From an uncultured Acidobacteriota bacterium (lineage in GTDB: Bacteria > Acidobacteriota > Terriglobia > Acidiferrales > UBA7541): DNA of 64,000 nt. The position numbers and the translations under genes are program-made. The stretch spans positions 100,330-164,329 of the forward strand of contig CAWAFN010000005.1 of the NCBI GenBank assembly GCA_963781385.1, read 5' to 3'. How positions within the stretch are numbered: the stretch's first letter is position 1; the number at the start of each line of letters is the position of its first letter. This document shows positions 8,490 through 18,746 of this stretch, in pieces. Under the pieces are notes generated by a model that did no database searches, was not told the DNA's origin, and saw only the letters and a list, made by a program, of their open reading frames with translations.

Positions 8490-10331
8490 TTAGAAATCTG
8501 TCAATTTTTTGCCCTGCAGCACGGTGTTCACCGCGCTGTTCATCATCACTTCGGCAAGATGATTGGTCGCTTCGTTCAATTCGTCAATCTTCTTGCGCAT
8601 CAGTCGGTAGTCGCTGCCGGTAATCGCTTCGCGTAAGGACGCAACCGATACATCGATTTTAGCGCGTTCTTCAGCGGGAAGCGCCGCAGCTTTGTCGGCG
8701 GCGAGGGCTTTCGCTGTGGCCACCAGAATTGTTTCCGCTTCGGTGCGCGCTTCGATTGCCTGGCGCTCGGCAAAATCCTGTTCGGCATATTCGATGGAAT
8801 CTTCGAGCATGCGCTCGATTTCGGCGTCAGTGATTCCGTAGCTCGGCTGCACTTCAACGGAGTGCTGTTCGCCGGTGCGTACATCTTTTGCAGAAACTTG
8901 CAGTATGCCGTTGGCGTCGATTAGGAATTTTACTTCGATGCGCGCGAGGCCCGCGGGGCCCGGCGGTGTTTTTAAGGTGAAACGCGCGAGCGAACGGCAG
9001 TCTTTCGCGAGCTCGCGTTCGCCTTGCAATACATGGATGTCGATGCCGGTCTGGTTGTCCACGCCGGTGGTGTACATTTCCTGTGCGCTCGCCGGGATCG
9101 GCGAATTGCGCGTGATGATTTTTGCAACCGCACCGCCGTATGTTTCGATACCCAACGAGAGCGGAGCAACATCAAGCAAGAGCATGTTGCTGACGCCGTG
9201 CTCGAGAATATTGGCTTGCGCCGCAGCTCCCAGTGCGACCACCTCGTCCGGATTCAGTTCCACGTGTGCTGCGCGGCCGAAATAGTCCTGCACCGTTTTG
9301 CGAACCAGCGGCGTACGCGTAGTTCCGCCGACCAGAACTACTTCATCGATTTCTTCCGGCTTCAGTTTTGCGTCGGCCAGAGCGAGTTTCACGGGAACCA
9401 TGGTGCGATCCACGACCGGACGAATCAGCGCGTCCAGCGCGCCGCGTGTAAACTCCTGCGTAAACACTTTGCCATTCGGCAGCGGAAACCTCAGCGTAGC
9501 GGAATCGTTTTCCGACAGTTCATGTTTCAGCGCAATCAGCGATTTGCGAAGTTCCTGCGCGAGTTCGCCGTGCGGAGAAAAATCAATCTCATCGGTCTGC
9601 AGAATTTTCTCGTGCACAAAGGCCTGCAACAAATTGTCGATATCATCGCCGCCCAGATGCGTGTCGCCGTTGGTGGAGAGCACCTGGTAAATGTCGCCTT
9701 CGTCGGTGGAAATCAGTTTCAGGATGGAAATGTCAAACGTGCCGCCGCCGAGATCATACACACCAACTTTGCCACGCTGCTTGTCGTGCAAGCCGTAAGC
9801 GAGCGCTGCCGCGGTCGGTTCGTTGACCAGGCGCAAGACTTCGAGTCCAGCGATTTTCCCGGCGTCTTTGGTGGCCTGACGCTGCGCGTCATTGAAATAC
9901 GCGGGCACGGTGATGACTGCGCGATCGACCGCTTGGCCGAAAAAAGCTTCAGCCCAGTTTTTCAGCTCGCGCAGGATGAACGCAGAAATCTCCGGAGGAG
10001 TAAAAACTTTTTCGCCAAGGCGAACGCGAATCACGTTGCTGCTGGATGGATCAAGACGAAACGGAAACAATTTCAGTTCGTCCTGAATGTCCTTTACGCC
10101 GCGGCCCATCAAACGCTTCACGGAATAGATGGTGCGTTCGGGTTGCGTCAACAAGCGGCGGCGCGCCGGTGTGCCAACAATAATATTTCCGTCGGCGTCG
10201 AGGCTCACCACGGATGGACAAAGCGCGGAGCCGTATGGCCCAACGATGCATTTCGGCTGCTTCGTCTGCGGATCGGTGTACGCGACGAGGCTGTTGGTGG
10301 TTCCGAGATCGATTCCTACGATTTTTCCCAT
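8490..10331 (-). CDS. hscA: Fe-S assembly Hsp70 chaperone HscA
   Basis: [44 protein letters not shown]; isc operon context. Confidence 0.93.
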   Translation of the reverse strand: MGKIVGIDLGTTNSLVAYTDPQTKQPKCIVGPYGSALCPSVVSLDADGNIIVGTPARRRLLTQPERTIYSVKRLMGRGVKDIQDELKLFPFRLDPSSSNVIRVRLGEKVFTPPEISAFILRELKNWAEAFFGQAVDRAVITVPAYFNDAQRQATKDAGKIAGLEVLRLVNEPTAAALAYGLHDKQRGKVGVYDLGGGTFDISILKLISTDEGDIYQVLSTNGDTHLGGDDIDNLLQAFVHEKILQTDEIDFSPHGELAQELRKSLIALKHELSENDSATLRFPLPNGKVFTQEFTRGALDALIRPVVDRTMVPVKLALADAKLKPEEIDEVVLVGGTTRTPLVRKTVQDYFGRAAHVELNPDEVVALGAAAQANILEHGVSNMLLLDVAPLSLGIETYGGAVAKIITRNSPIPASAQEMYTTGVDNQTGIDIHVLQGERELAKDCRSLARFTLKTPPGPAGLARIEVKFLIDANGILQVSAKDVRTGEQHSVEVQPSYGITDAEIERMLEDSIEYAEQDFAERQAIEARTEAETILVATAKALAADKAAALPAEERAKIDVSVASLREAITGSDYRLMRKKIDELNEATNHLAEVMMNSAVNTVLQGKKLTDF

Positions 10332-10379
10332 GTCAGTTTCCGAGCGCCATCAAACACCCGCAAATTGGATTCGAGCATT

Positions 10380-11012
10380 TCATTGTGCTTGCAATTCTTT
10401 TTCTACGCTGGCCACCAGATTGCGTACGTAGGCGCGGCGATTCAGCAACTCGTTCATGCGCGCAAATAATTTCTGGCGCCAGACCGCGTCGGCGTTGCTA
10501 TCGATTACGGAATCCCATTCCTGCGCGACCGTTTGCAGTTGTGCGTCAACTTCGGACAAATTTTCCTGAAAAGCCATTTCAGCCGATTGCAATTTCGATT
10601 GCAATTCGCCGAGATCGCCGCCCGAAGCTTTTGCCTCGCGCAATTCATCGAGCGATTCATTCAGCTCAAAAACTTCTTCCAGCAATTCCGGCGGAGCCTG
10701 TTGTTTTTTCTCGCCTTCTTTGCGTTCGCCTTCGATTTCCAAAAGATATTCGACCCTAGCAAGCGGATCGCGGAGCACGCGATAGGCGTCGTTTAAGTCA
10801 GAACTCTTTTTTAGCGAGAATTCGCGTTCCGCTTCCGGAGAATTTACAAAATTGTCTGGATGCAATTTCCAACTGAGCTGCAGAAATTTTTGTTCAAGCG
10901 ATGACATCTCGATCCAGAGTTTTCGCGGCAGCCCGAACAGGCTGAAGTAGTCCTGAGCAGGGTTTGACTTTGGCGCGGAGGCGGTCATTGGCGAAACGTG
11001 TTTTTCTCCCAT
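10380..11012 (-). CDS. hscB: Fe-S assembly co-chaperone HscB
   Basis: J-domain DYFSLFGL..LHPD..LNDAYRVLRDPLARVEYLL, plus C-terminal helical bundle. Confidence 0.93.
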   Translation of the reverse strand: MGEKHVSPMTASAPKSNPAQDYFSLFGLPRKLWIEMSSLEQKFLQLSWKLHPDNFVNSPEAEREFSLKKSSDLNDAYRVLRDPLARVEYLLEIEGERKEGEKKQQAPPELLEEVFELNESLDELREAKASGGDLGELQSKLQSAEMAFQENLSEVDAQLQTVAQEWDSVIDSNADAVWRQKLFARMNELLNRRAYVRNLVASVEKELQAQ

Positions 11013-11024
11013 AAACTATTGCTA

Positions 11025-11240
11025 GGACTCGGATCAAGCCCGGAGTCCGGTTTTCAAAGAGGAACTAGTAGTTCCTCGCTTATGGCCAAGGATGGGGTGT
11101 TGGTCCTCGCCTAAAACTGAAACGGCTGGCGGGTTTCAGCCGCCAGCCTCGAATCATCCGAAGCCGGGCTAGGCCCGGCACTACGAAAACCAACAAACCT
11201 TCCGTCTCCCCGGCCTAGTGAAACTCTCAACAAGGGCCGG
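11025..11240. repeat. Cluster of five short palindromes between iscA and hscB
   Basis: Stems at 11025-11048, 11059-11077, 11124-11148, 11163-11179 and 11210-11240. Confidence 0.7.
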
Positions 11241-11269
11241 TGACCTGCCCCGAGTGCCAAAAATTCAAC

Positions 11270-11632
11270 TCAGGCTGTGAAGGAACTGCCGCACCCGCAA
11301 CTGCGGGCGGCGTTCGGATTCACGAATACAAATCCCTGGCGCATGAGCGTCTCTTCGTAATCGAGCGTGGTTCCGTTAAGGTACAAGAGGCTCTTGGGGT
11401 CGACGAAAACACGAGCGCCGAATTCCTCGAAAACACGGTCGCGGTCGCGCGATTGCGTATCGAGACGCATGGCGTAGGAGAGGCCGGAACAACCACCGCC
11501 TTGAACTCCGACGCGGAGTCCGCCCTGGTCCGGAGACACACCGTCTTTGGCGAGCAGCGCGAGAATCTTTTTCGCTGCGCGTTCAGAAACTGCGATTTTC
11601 GGGGTTGCCGGTGCAGCTGTTTCTGTTGCCAT
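11270..11632 (-). CDS. iscA: A-type Fe-S carrier IscA (HesB family)
   Basis: LRVGVQGGGCSGLSY and NPNAARSCGCGSSF; start placed at MATETAAP. Confidence 0.95.
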   Translation of the reverse strand: MATETAAPATPKIAVSERAAKKILALLAKDGVSPDQGGLRVGVQGGGCSGLSYAMRLDTQSRDRDRVFEEFGARVFVDPKSLLYLNGTTLDYEETLMRQGFVFVNPNAARSCGCGSSFTA

Positions 11633-11703
11633 AAGTTGTTTCCGAAACTGCTGGCGGCGTGCGTTTTCGCTTGATGCCGAGATCGCAATTACGCTTGCAC
11701 CGC

Positions 11704-11764
11704 GCACAGACTGAAGTCTGTGCTGCTAATACCGAAAAGCACGGATCTGAAAACCCGCCACTAC
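11704..11764. repeat. REP-like palindrome pair between iscU and iscA
   Basis: GCACAGAC-tgaa-GTCTGTGC (11704-11723) and an imperfect stem ending CACTAC (GTAG foot on the minus strand). Confidence 0.6.
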
Positions 11765-11776
11765 GAGCCAAAGAAC

Positions 11777-12193
11777 TTAATGCGATGACTTTTCGTGAGC
11801 CGGCACTTCGATATTGTGCTTGTTCTTCCAGTTGCCGATTGCCGCCTTGATGGCGTCTTCGGCCAGGACTGAACAGTGAATTTTGACCGGAGGAAGCGCG
11901 AGTTCGCGAACGATGTCGGTGTTCTTGATCGACAAGGCTTCTTCCACGGTTTTGCCCTTCACCCATTCGGTAGCGAGCGAGGAGCTGGCGATGGCGGACC
12001 CGCAACCGAAGGTCTTGAAGCGAGCTTCTTCGATAACCTGAGTTTCCGGGTTGATGCGCATCTGCAGCTTCATGACGTCGCCGCATTCTGGTGCGCCGAC
12101 CAGGCCGGTCCCGACGTTCGGATCTTCCTTGGGAAGGCTGCCCACGTTACGGGGGTTGTTGTAGTGATCGACGACCTTTTCGCTATAAGCCAT
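11777..12193 (-). CDS. iscU: Fe-S scaffold IscU
   Basis: GAPECGDVMKLQ, FKTFGCGSAIASSS and LPPVKIHCS (HscA recognition motif). Confidence 0.98.
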   Translation of the reverse strand: MAYSEKVVDHYNNPRNVGSLPKEDPNVGTGLVGAPECGDVMKLQMRINPETQVIEEARFKTFGCGSAIASSSLATEWVKGKTVEEALSIKNTDIVRELALPPVKIHCSVLAEDAIKAAIGNWKNKHNIEVPAHEKSSH

Positions 12194-12277
12194 AATGACC
12201 TCTCAATTGCACTGCAATTCCTTACAAACCGTAGATAAGCGCTCCGGCCACAAACAAGGCCAAGGAGCCGTTAAGAG

Positions 12278-12589
12278 TTAGTTGCTGCGCGCCAGATTGC
12301 CGATACTGACAAAGCCAGCAGTGCGCAACACCTTCTCTGAAATCGACACGTTTGGCACCCACGCCGAACGGCCGGCGGTCAATTGCCGCAACACGTCCTT
12401 GATGTAGTCGGCGCCGACGCCCAAGACCTTGAGGAAAGTACGAACTTCCTGGAGGTGATGAAATGCGCGCTCACCTGCGGGCTTGGCGTCATCGCCTTCC
12501 CCGTATGGAACGAACGCCACGCGGAAAGCCGCGCCGGTACCGCCAATCGAACGATGCACTCTGATTGTTCCTTCGCTCACGCTTGCCAT
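12278..12589 (-). CDS. Hypothetical protein (103 aa) inserted between iscS and iscU
   Basis: ATG start with purine-rich upstream sequence; fills the gap in the operon on the same strand; no recognisable motif. Confidence 0.7.
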   Translation of the reverse strand: MASVSEGTIRVHRSIGGTGAAFRVAFVPYGEGDDAKPAGERAFHHLQEVRTFLKVLGVGADYIKDVLRQLTAGRSAWVPNVSISEKVLRTAGFVSIGNLARSN

Positions 12590-12685
12590 TGCTTCTATTC
12601 CTACCCTTGTCTATTTCAGGATTTGTGAAACCCCGAAACCCTTTCTCTAGATTTTTCTCTCCGCGACGTTAGATGCAGGACCGGG

Positions 12686-13906
12686 CTATGCGGTCTGCCA
12701 CTTCACCTTGGAAATATCGATGCCCTCTTTTGCCATTTCATAGAGGGGGGACAGTTCACGCAATTTCGTGACGACCTGTACCATTTTATCGGTCACATAA
12801 TCCACTTCTTCTTCGGTATTAAAGCGGCCGAGGCCGAAGCGAATGGAGGTGTGTGCCAGATCTTCGCCAACTCCAAGAGCCTTAAGGACATAACTGGGCT
12901 CCAGGGTGGCCGAGGTGCAAGCCGAACCGCTCGAGACGGCGATGTCGTTTATGCCCATCAGAAGCGATTCACCTTCGACGTAGGCGAAACTCATATTCAG
13001 GTTGTTGGGGAGGCGATGTTCCAACGAACCGTTGATAAAAACTTCGTCGAGCTTGGCTTCGAGACCTGCCTTGAGACGGTCGCGAAGTTTGCTCAAGCGG
13101 GCGGCTTCTTCAGCCATTTCCTTCTGTGCGATTTCGCAAGCCGCGCCGAGGCCGACGATTCCGGGGACGTTTAGCGTGCCCGAACGCATGCCGCGCTCGT
13201 GGCCGCCGCCGTCAATGATGGCGGAAAGCTGTACCCGAGGGTTACGGCGACGAACGTAGAGAGCGCCGACGCCCTTAGGGCCATAAATCTTGTGTCCGCT
13301 AATCGCGAGCAGGTCGATATTGTCCTTCTGGACGTCAACCGGGATCTTGCCGACCGCCTGAACCGCGTCGGTCGCGAAGAAGATGCCTTTTTCCTTGGCG
13401 ATATTGCCGATTTCAGCGATGGGATTGATGACGCCAATCTCGTTGTTGGCGTACATGATGGTGATCAAGATGGTCTTCGGAGTGATGGCCTTGCGGACAT
13501 CTTCCGGATCAACGCGACCGTCTTTGCCAATGGGCAAGTAGGTCACCTCGAATCCGTCTTTTTCCAGGCGCTTGCAGGTATCGAGCACGGCTTTGTGTTC
13601 AATGGCCTGAGTGATGATGTGATTGCCCTTTTCGCGATACATTTCCGCGACGCCCTTAATCATCAGGTTGTCGCTTTCCGTGGCGCCGCTGGTGAAGATG
13701 ATTTCCTTAGGCGTTGCGCCGATAAGCGCAGCGACCTGCGCCCGCGCATTTTCAACGGCTTCTTCGCCGGCCCAACCGAAAGGATGGTTGCGGCTGGCGG
13801 CGTTTCCGAATTTTTCCGTGAAGTAAGGCAGCATTGCCTGCAACACGCGAGGATCGACCTGCGTTGTGGCGTGATTATCGAAATAAATCGGCAGCTTTAC
13901 AGCCAT
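12686..13906 (-). CDS. iscS: Cysteine desulfurase IscS
   Basis: [19 protein letters not shown] (PLP Lys), SSGSACTS (catalytic Cys). Confidence 0.98.
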   Translation of the reverse strand: MAVKLPIYFDNHATTQVDPRVLQAMLPYFTEKFGNAASRNHPFGWAGEEAVENARAQVAALIGATPKEIIFTSGATESDNLMIKGVAEMYREKGNHIITQAIEHKAVLDTCKRLEKDGFEVTYLPIGKDGRVDPEDVRKAITPKTILITIMYANNEIGVINPIAEIGNIAKEKGIFFATDAVQAVGKIPVDVQKDNIDLLAISGHKIYGPKGVGALYVRRRNPRVQLSAIIDGGGHERGMRSGTLNVPGIVGLGAACEIAQKEMAEEAARLSKLRDRLKAGLEAKLDEVFINGSLEHRLPNNLNMSFAYVEGESLLMGINDIAVSSGSACTSATLEPSYVLKALGVGEDLAHTSIRFGLGRFNTEEEVDYVTDKMVQVVTKLRELSPLYEMAKEGIDISKVKWQTA

Positions 13907-13930
13907 TTTCCTAATCTCCCGCTGCGCGGC

Positions 13931-14371
13931 CTAAGCCCGCAACTCAACAAGCGCTTCGTGAAGCGGCTCATCGCACATCTGCGAAATGGTGACAGTATTC
14001 AAAACCTGCAAAATGCTTTCGTTCACGCGCCGTAGCGGCTCTCGCACCGTGCACTTGGATGCGGCGTCGCAATTTCCGTGACTTGTAACGCACGACGTAA
14101 TGAGCACCGGTCCATCGATCGCGGTGATGACTTGCAAAGCGCTGATCTGTTCCGGATTTTTCGCCAACTGATAGCCGCCGGTTGATCCATGGGTAGCTCC
14201 TACGATTTCGTGGCGGGCCAGCTTTTGCAGAACCTTGGCCATAAGCGTGGTCGAGATGCCGTATTCCTCGGCAATTTCGTTGGCGCTGCAGGCGTGATGC
14301 TCGTTGCGGTGAACCGCAAGATGCTTGACCGCGATGAGCCCGTAATCGGCTTTTTTTGAGAGCTTAAACAT
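13931..14371 (-). CDS. iscR: Rrf2-family regulator IscR
   Basis: Rrf2 winged helix (G..GGYQLAKNPEQISALQVITAIDG) with three Cys (CVTSHGNCDAASKC); first gene of the operon. Confidence 0.88.
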   Translation of the reverse strand: MFKLSKKADYGLIAVKHLAVHRNEHHACSANEIAEEYGISTTLMAKVLQKLARHEIVGATHGSTGGYQLAKNPEQISALQVITAIDGPVLITSCVTSHGNCDAASKCTVREPLRRVNESILQVLNTVTISQMCDEPLHEALVELRA

Positions 14372-14422
14372 CTAACCCGCGCACCTTTACCGGATCGCTG
14401 TCGCTCGAAAGGCCCCCAAGCC

Positions 14423-14447
14423 ATATGCGACCGATTCAGTCGTGATT
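14423..14447. promoter_or_regulatory. IscR type-1-like operator
   Basis: Minus-strand core GACTGAATCGGTC (14429-14441) versus the E. coli type-1 core GACTAAATCAGTC, just downstream of the -10 box. Confidence 0.7.
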
Positions 14448-14476
14448 AGTGTATGCCAGACCTAGTCGATTGTCAA
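14448..14476 (-). promoter_or_regulatory. Sigma-70 promoter of the isc operon
   Basis: TTGACA (14476-14471), 17-nt spacer, TACACT (14453-14448). Confidence 0.8.
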
Positions 14477-14688
14477 CCCTGGTTACGTGTCAGCTATCAC
14501 GTTAAGTCATTGAAATTGAAACGCTTAAAGAAGCTCAAAAGAAAAAAGGGCTTCTTCCAAAATCCGGATGTGGAATTATTTTGCAAGAAATGGGCAGCCG
14601 AGTTTGTTCCGCTGCTGAGGGTTGGCTGAGAGGTTATGCTACGCTTTGCGAGTTTTTAGAAACTGCGGCGGCGCCAAATTGAGGGACT

Positions 14689-15702
14689 GTGAATAGAGTC
14701 AGCGTTTATATCGCGGGTGGGGTAACACTGGCGTTGGCCTGTTGCTCGGGATGTCCGTCAGGTCCGGGCACAAAACCCTTGGTGGCCGCGTCGCCCCAAC
14801 AGATTTCCGACACGAAGGAAACAAAGAACAAGAAGGATTCGGCGGCCAGAAAAGCGAGCCCGCCAGAACCCTATGTTCTGGTCGGAGCCGGCGACATTGC
14901 GGGCTGTTCCACATTGGCTGGCGCCGAGGCTACGGCAAAGTTGATTGAAGCAATTCCGGGAGCGGTTTTCGCGGCCGGCGACCTGGCATATGAGAAGGGG
15001 ACGGCGGAAGAGTTTCGCGATTGTTATGACAAGACGTGGGGAAAGTTCAAGGACCGGACATGGCCGACTCCCGGAAATCACGAGTATTACTCGAGCGCAT
15101 CGGGGAGTCCGTATTTTACGTACTGGGGAAAACGCGCGGGCGAGCCGACCAAGGGTTACTACAGCTTTGACTTGGGAAACTGGCACATCATTGCGCTGAA
15201 TACGAATTGCGCGGCGCCAGGATTGGGCGGGTGTCAGGCCGGCTCGCCGCAGGAAAAATGGCTGAAACAGGATTTGGCGGCGCATGCGAATTCCTGCTTG
15301 ATCGCGTATGGGCATCACGCGCTATACAGCGGCGGATTATTTGTGAAGCACGCGATTCATCCGGAGTTGCGGGATTTCTGGCGTGATTTGTATGCGGCGC
15401 ACGGAGATTTGATGATTACAGGGCATGAGCATTCCTACGAGCGATTTGCGCCGCAGGATCCCGACGGACGCCTGGATGCGCAGAACGGGATTCGCGAAAT
15501 TGTGGTGGGAACGGGCGGAAGAAGTCACGACCCGCTGGGCGAAGCGCTGCTGAACACTGAAGCGCGAAATGCGGATACGTTTGGCGTGCTGAAGCTTACT
15601 TTGTGGCCCGACAGGTTTACTTGGGAATTCATTCCGGTGAACGGCGATGAGGGGTTTCGCGATGGCGGTGAGGGAACTTGCCATAACGCCAAGGCAAAGT
15701 GA
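14689..15702 (+). CDS. Exported calcineurin-like metallophosphoesterase (possible lipoprotein)
   Basis: GAGDIA, AGDLAY, PGNHEY, GHH and GHEHSY motifs; N-terminal signal peptide with Cys. Confidence 0.9.
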   Translation: MNRVSVYIAGGVTLALACCSGCPSGPGTKPLVAASPQQISDTKETKNKKDSAARKASPPEPYVLVGAGDIAGCSTLAGAEATAKLIEAIPGAVFAAGDLAYEKGTAEEFRDCYDKTWGKFKDRTWPTPGNHEYYSSASGSPYFTYWGKRAGEPTKGYYSFDLGNWHIIALNTNCAAPGLGGCQAGSPQEKWLKQDLAAHANSCLIAYGHHALYSGGLFVKHAIHPELRDFWRDLYAAHGDLMITGHEHSYERFAPQDPDGRLDAQNGIREIVVGTGGRSHDPLGEALLNTEARNADTFGVLKLTLWPDRFTWEFIPVNGDEGFRDGGEGTCHNAKAK

Positions 15703-15880
15703 GCTTTCTCGAAAAAGCCAAGAAAGGCTTAACGGTGAGAAAGCAAACATGAGGCACAGAGGTCGCGGAGAAAAGCGACTGTCACAAATTCCCGCGGGGA
15801 ATCTCCTAAACAGCGAACTACCGGCGCGATTCGGCGCTTTCAAGAGTAAAACTTCAATGATGCTCCGCTCTTCGTGGCGG

Positions 15881-17987
15881 TTAATTGGCGGAACAAACGG
15901 CCGATTTCGCTGCCGCGTCGATGAGCTTTTTTACGGCGGGCGTGGGAATCAGCAGCAGCTGGGTTTTCGGCTTACCAGCTTCGGTGACCACACTAGCGAG
16001 CTGAGATTGTTGATCGCTTGCTAGCGGTTTGACGGTGGAGATCGCATCGAGAGCAGCCAGCCCCGCTGCGCCTAGCGCGGAGAGATCGCGCGAGGTGGGT
16101 ACGACTTCCTTTGCCAAGAACGATTTTTGCGCAAGCGTGGCGAACGCCGCGTCGTTCTGACTCCAGTCGGTCAGCTGCGCGCGAATTTCGGCGGCAGTGG
16201 CGGCGTCGTGGCAGGTGCTCGCCAGGTATTTGTCCACTAATTCAGCGAAGTGGCGGCCGGCATCACTCTCGAGGGGAACGGCGTCCACAACTCGATTGAG
16301 CGGCGAGAGGCTGGTCGGCTCTGCGGAGGCGGTTTCTTCACGCGTGTAGTCTTTGACAGGTTCAACGACGTCGGCGAGAGTTTTCAGAGCGGTGAATTCT
16401 TCGGGAGTAGCGGAGCCGGCAATGCGCTCCAACATTTTGCCGTAGTAGCTGCGATGCGTAAGACCAAGCCAGGATAGGCGAACGCTTTCGGCTTCCAGAC
16501 GTGAATACATGGAGGCCGGGTCGGTGACCGACTGCGCCGACCAGAGCCGCTCGGCGATGGCGGCGTTGCGAGGCCAGATGCGCGAATCGACGTTCTCCGG
16601 GTTTACGTATTCAGACCACATGCAGGATTCGCCGCCTAGCACCAGTTTTTTCTGAGCGTCATCGAGCGATGCCGCGGCTCCACTGAGCGGATCGACGGCA
16701 TAGTGGCGTGCAGCGCTCCAGCCGAGATCGAGATAGTAACCGTTGGAAAGAATACCGTGATAGCCCTGCTTGGCGGCTTCGGCAAGAGACTGCTGGCCGC
16801 GCCAGGACTGGATGACAATGTCTTTCGGTACGCCGGGAACGAAGACTTCATCCCAGCCAATGACCGACTTGCCATGCTTGGTGACCAGTTTTTGCACGCG
16901 CTGGCTGAAGTAGGCCTGCAGATCCTCATTTGATTTCAAATTGTGCGACTTCTTGAAGTCTTGAATTTTCGGATTGGCGTCCCACTCCTTGCCATTCACT
17001 TCGTCTCCGCCAATGTGGAAATACTGATCGGGGAAAACTTTGGTCATTTCGCCGATCAGATCGTCGAGGAATTTGTAAACTTTTTCGCTGGTGGGGTCCA
17101 TCGCGGGATCGAAGATTCCCCATGTGCGCTCGATCGCGTAGGGGCCGGGACCACTGGCGAGTTCGGGGTAGCCGACGAACCAGGCAGTGCTGTGGCCAGG
17201 CATATCAAATTCGGGAACGACGCGGATGCCGCGATCGCGGGCGTAGGCGATGAGGTCGCGAACTCTCGGCCTGCGTGTAGTAGAGGCCGTCGGAGCCAAG
17301 TTCCTGAAGCTTGGGAAATTTATTGCTTTCGATGCGGAAGCCCTGATTCTCCGAAAGGTGCCAGTGGAAAACGTTCATCTTGACGGCTTCCATGCCGTCG
17401 AGATTGCGTTGTAAGACGTCCAGCGGGATGAAGTGACGGCTGACGTCAATCATCAGGCCGCGCCACGGGAAGCGCGGTTGATCCTGAATACTGACGGCGG
17501 GTGCGGCGAAACCGTCGGAGGTGACGGTGATGAGTTGCAAAAATGTTTGCAGGCCGCGCAAGGTTCCGAGCGAGGTTGCAGCGTTTAGCTTTGCGCCAGC
17601 GGTAGTGACATCGAGGGTGTAGGACTCATCTTCGCCCAGTTCCTGAACATCTTTGCTGGCGTGATCGGTGTGGACGACGAGAGTGGCCTTCGAAGCGTCT
17701 TTCGATTGTTTAGCGAGAAGCAATGCAGTCTGGTGATGGATTTGCGCGAGAAAACGATCGGTCGCGCGAGCAAGGCGTGGCTCGTCGTGGCCGGTAAGAG
17801 CGATGGTGAAGCCGGCGTCGATTTTTAACGAGCCGGATGCGGGTTTAACGTTGGCAGGTTGCGGCATGAGATTTAGCGGTATGGAGGTCTGCGCTGTTGC
17901 GCCGGGCGCGAAGAGGACCGAGGCGAGAAATAGAATGGAGAACGAAGGAGCAAGAGCGAGCGCAAGCAAGATGGCGGCAGACCGCAT
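15881..17987 (-). pseudogene. GH20 beta-N-acetylhexosaminidase split by a single frameshift near 17264 (pseudogene or sequence error)
   Basis: 5' frame: signal peptide, PRFPWRGLMIDVSRHF, FHWHLSENQGFR..LYYTQAE. 3' frame resumes VRDLIAYARDRGIRVVPEFDMPGH..HIGGDE. Confidence 0.85.
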
Positions 17988-18208
17988 GGTTGGAGAAAAC
18001 CTCCGTAAAAGGGCGAGTAGAGCATCCGCAAAAGTGCTATGTAGCAGCGGAACGGCGATAGTGGCATACTCGCGGCGGAATGCGAAGCGCAAAATCGCGA
18101 AGCATGTAGCGACGTGCCAATTCGGACGGGTTCGCCGATGAAGCGAAAGTGTTTTGTGAAGCGAGCGTGGCGGAGGCTGCGATACACTTGGTAAGATTTT
18201 CGCGAACG

Positions 18209-18691
18209 ATGAAAACGTCCATTGCCATCTACCCGGGATCGTTTGATCCAGTGACAAACGGCCACCTCGATTTGATCGAGCGCGGCGAAAAAATGTTCGA
18301 TCTGCTGATTGTGGCGGTTTTGCAGAACACCGAGAAGACGCCGCTATTTTCGGTTAAGGAACGCGTTGAGATGTTGCGCGAGACTACCAAGCAGTGGGCG
18401 GAGGTCGAGATCGATGTGTTTAACGGTTTGCTGGTGGACTATGCAAGGCGGCGAGGCGCCGGAGTGATTCTGCGCGGCATTCGAGCGGTGAGCGATTACG
18501 AGTACGAATTGCAGATGGCACTGATGAACCGCAAGCTGGAGCCGCGGCTGGAAACGGTGTTTATGCTGCCGGGAGTTTCCTACAGCTACCTGAGTTCGAA
18601 GCTGGTGCGGGAAATCGCGCAATTGGGAGCGCCGTTGCAGGGATTGGTGCCGCCGATCGTGGAAGAGCGATTGAAAGCGAAGATTTCGTAG
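18209..18691 (+). CDS. coaD: Phosphopantetheine adenylyltransferase
   Basis: IYPGSFDPVTNGH, LRGIRAVSDYEYELQMA, LSSKLVREIA. Confidence 0.97.
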   Translation: MKTSIAIYPGSFDPVTNGHLDLIERGEKMFDLLIVAVLQNTEKTPLFSVKERVEMLRETTKQWAEVEIDVFNGLLVDYARRRGAGVILRGIRAVSDYEYELQMALMNRKLEPRLETVFMLPGVSYSYLSSKLVREIAQLGAPLQGLVPPIVEERLKAKIS

Positions 18692-18746
18692 TTTCGATCG
18701 GTAAATTTTTCGCGGCTGAGCGAATCGCCGCCTACGAGGAGAAGAA

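Noticed and set aside
9024-10469. 481-aa plus-strand ORF
   Set aside because: Antisense shadow of hscA with no recognisable motifs. The same applies to 37335-38957 (lepA), 46546-48144 (trpE/aroE) and 62377-63573 (M1 peptidase); 45785-47383 is a same-strand alternative frame over trpE.
11252-11260. CIRCE-like half site (GAGTGCCAA) upstream of hscB-hscA
   Set aside because: The partner half site 9 nt away (TTAGCACTC) is absent, so it is not an HrcA operator.
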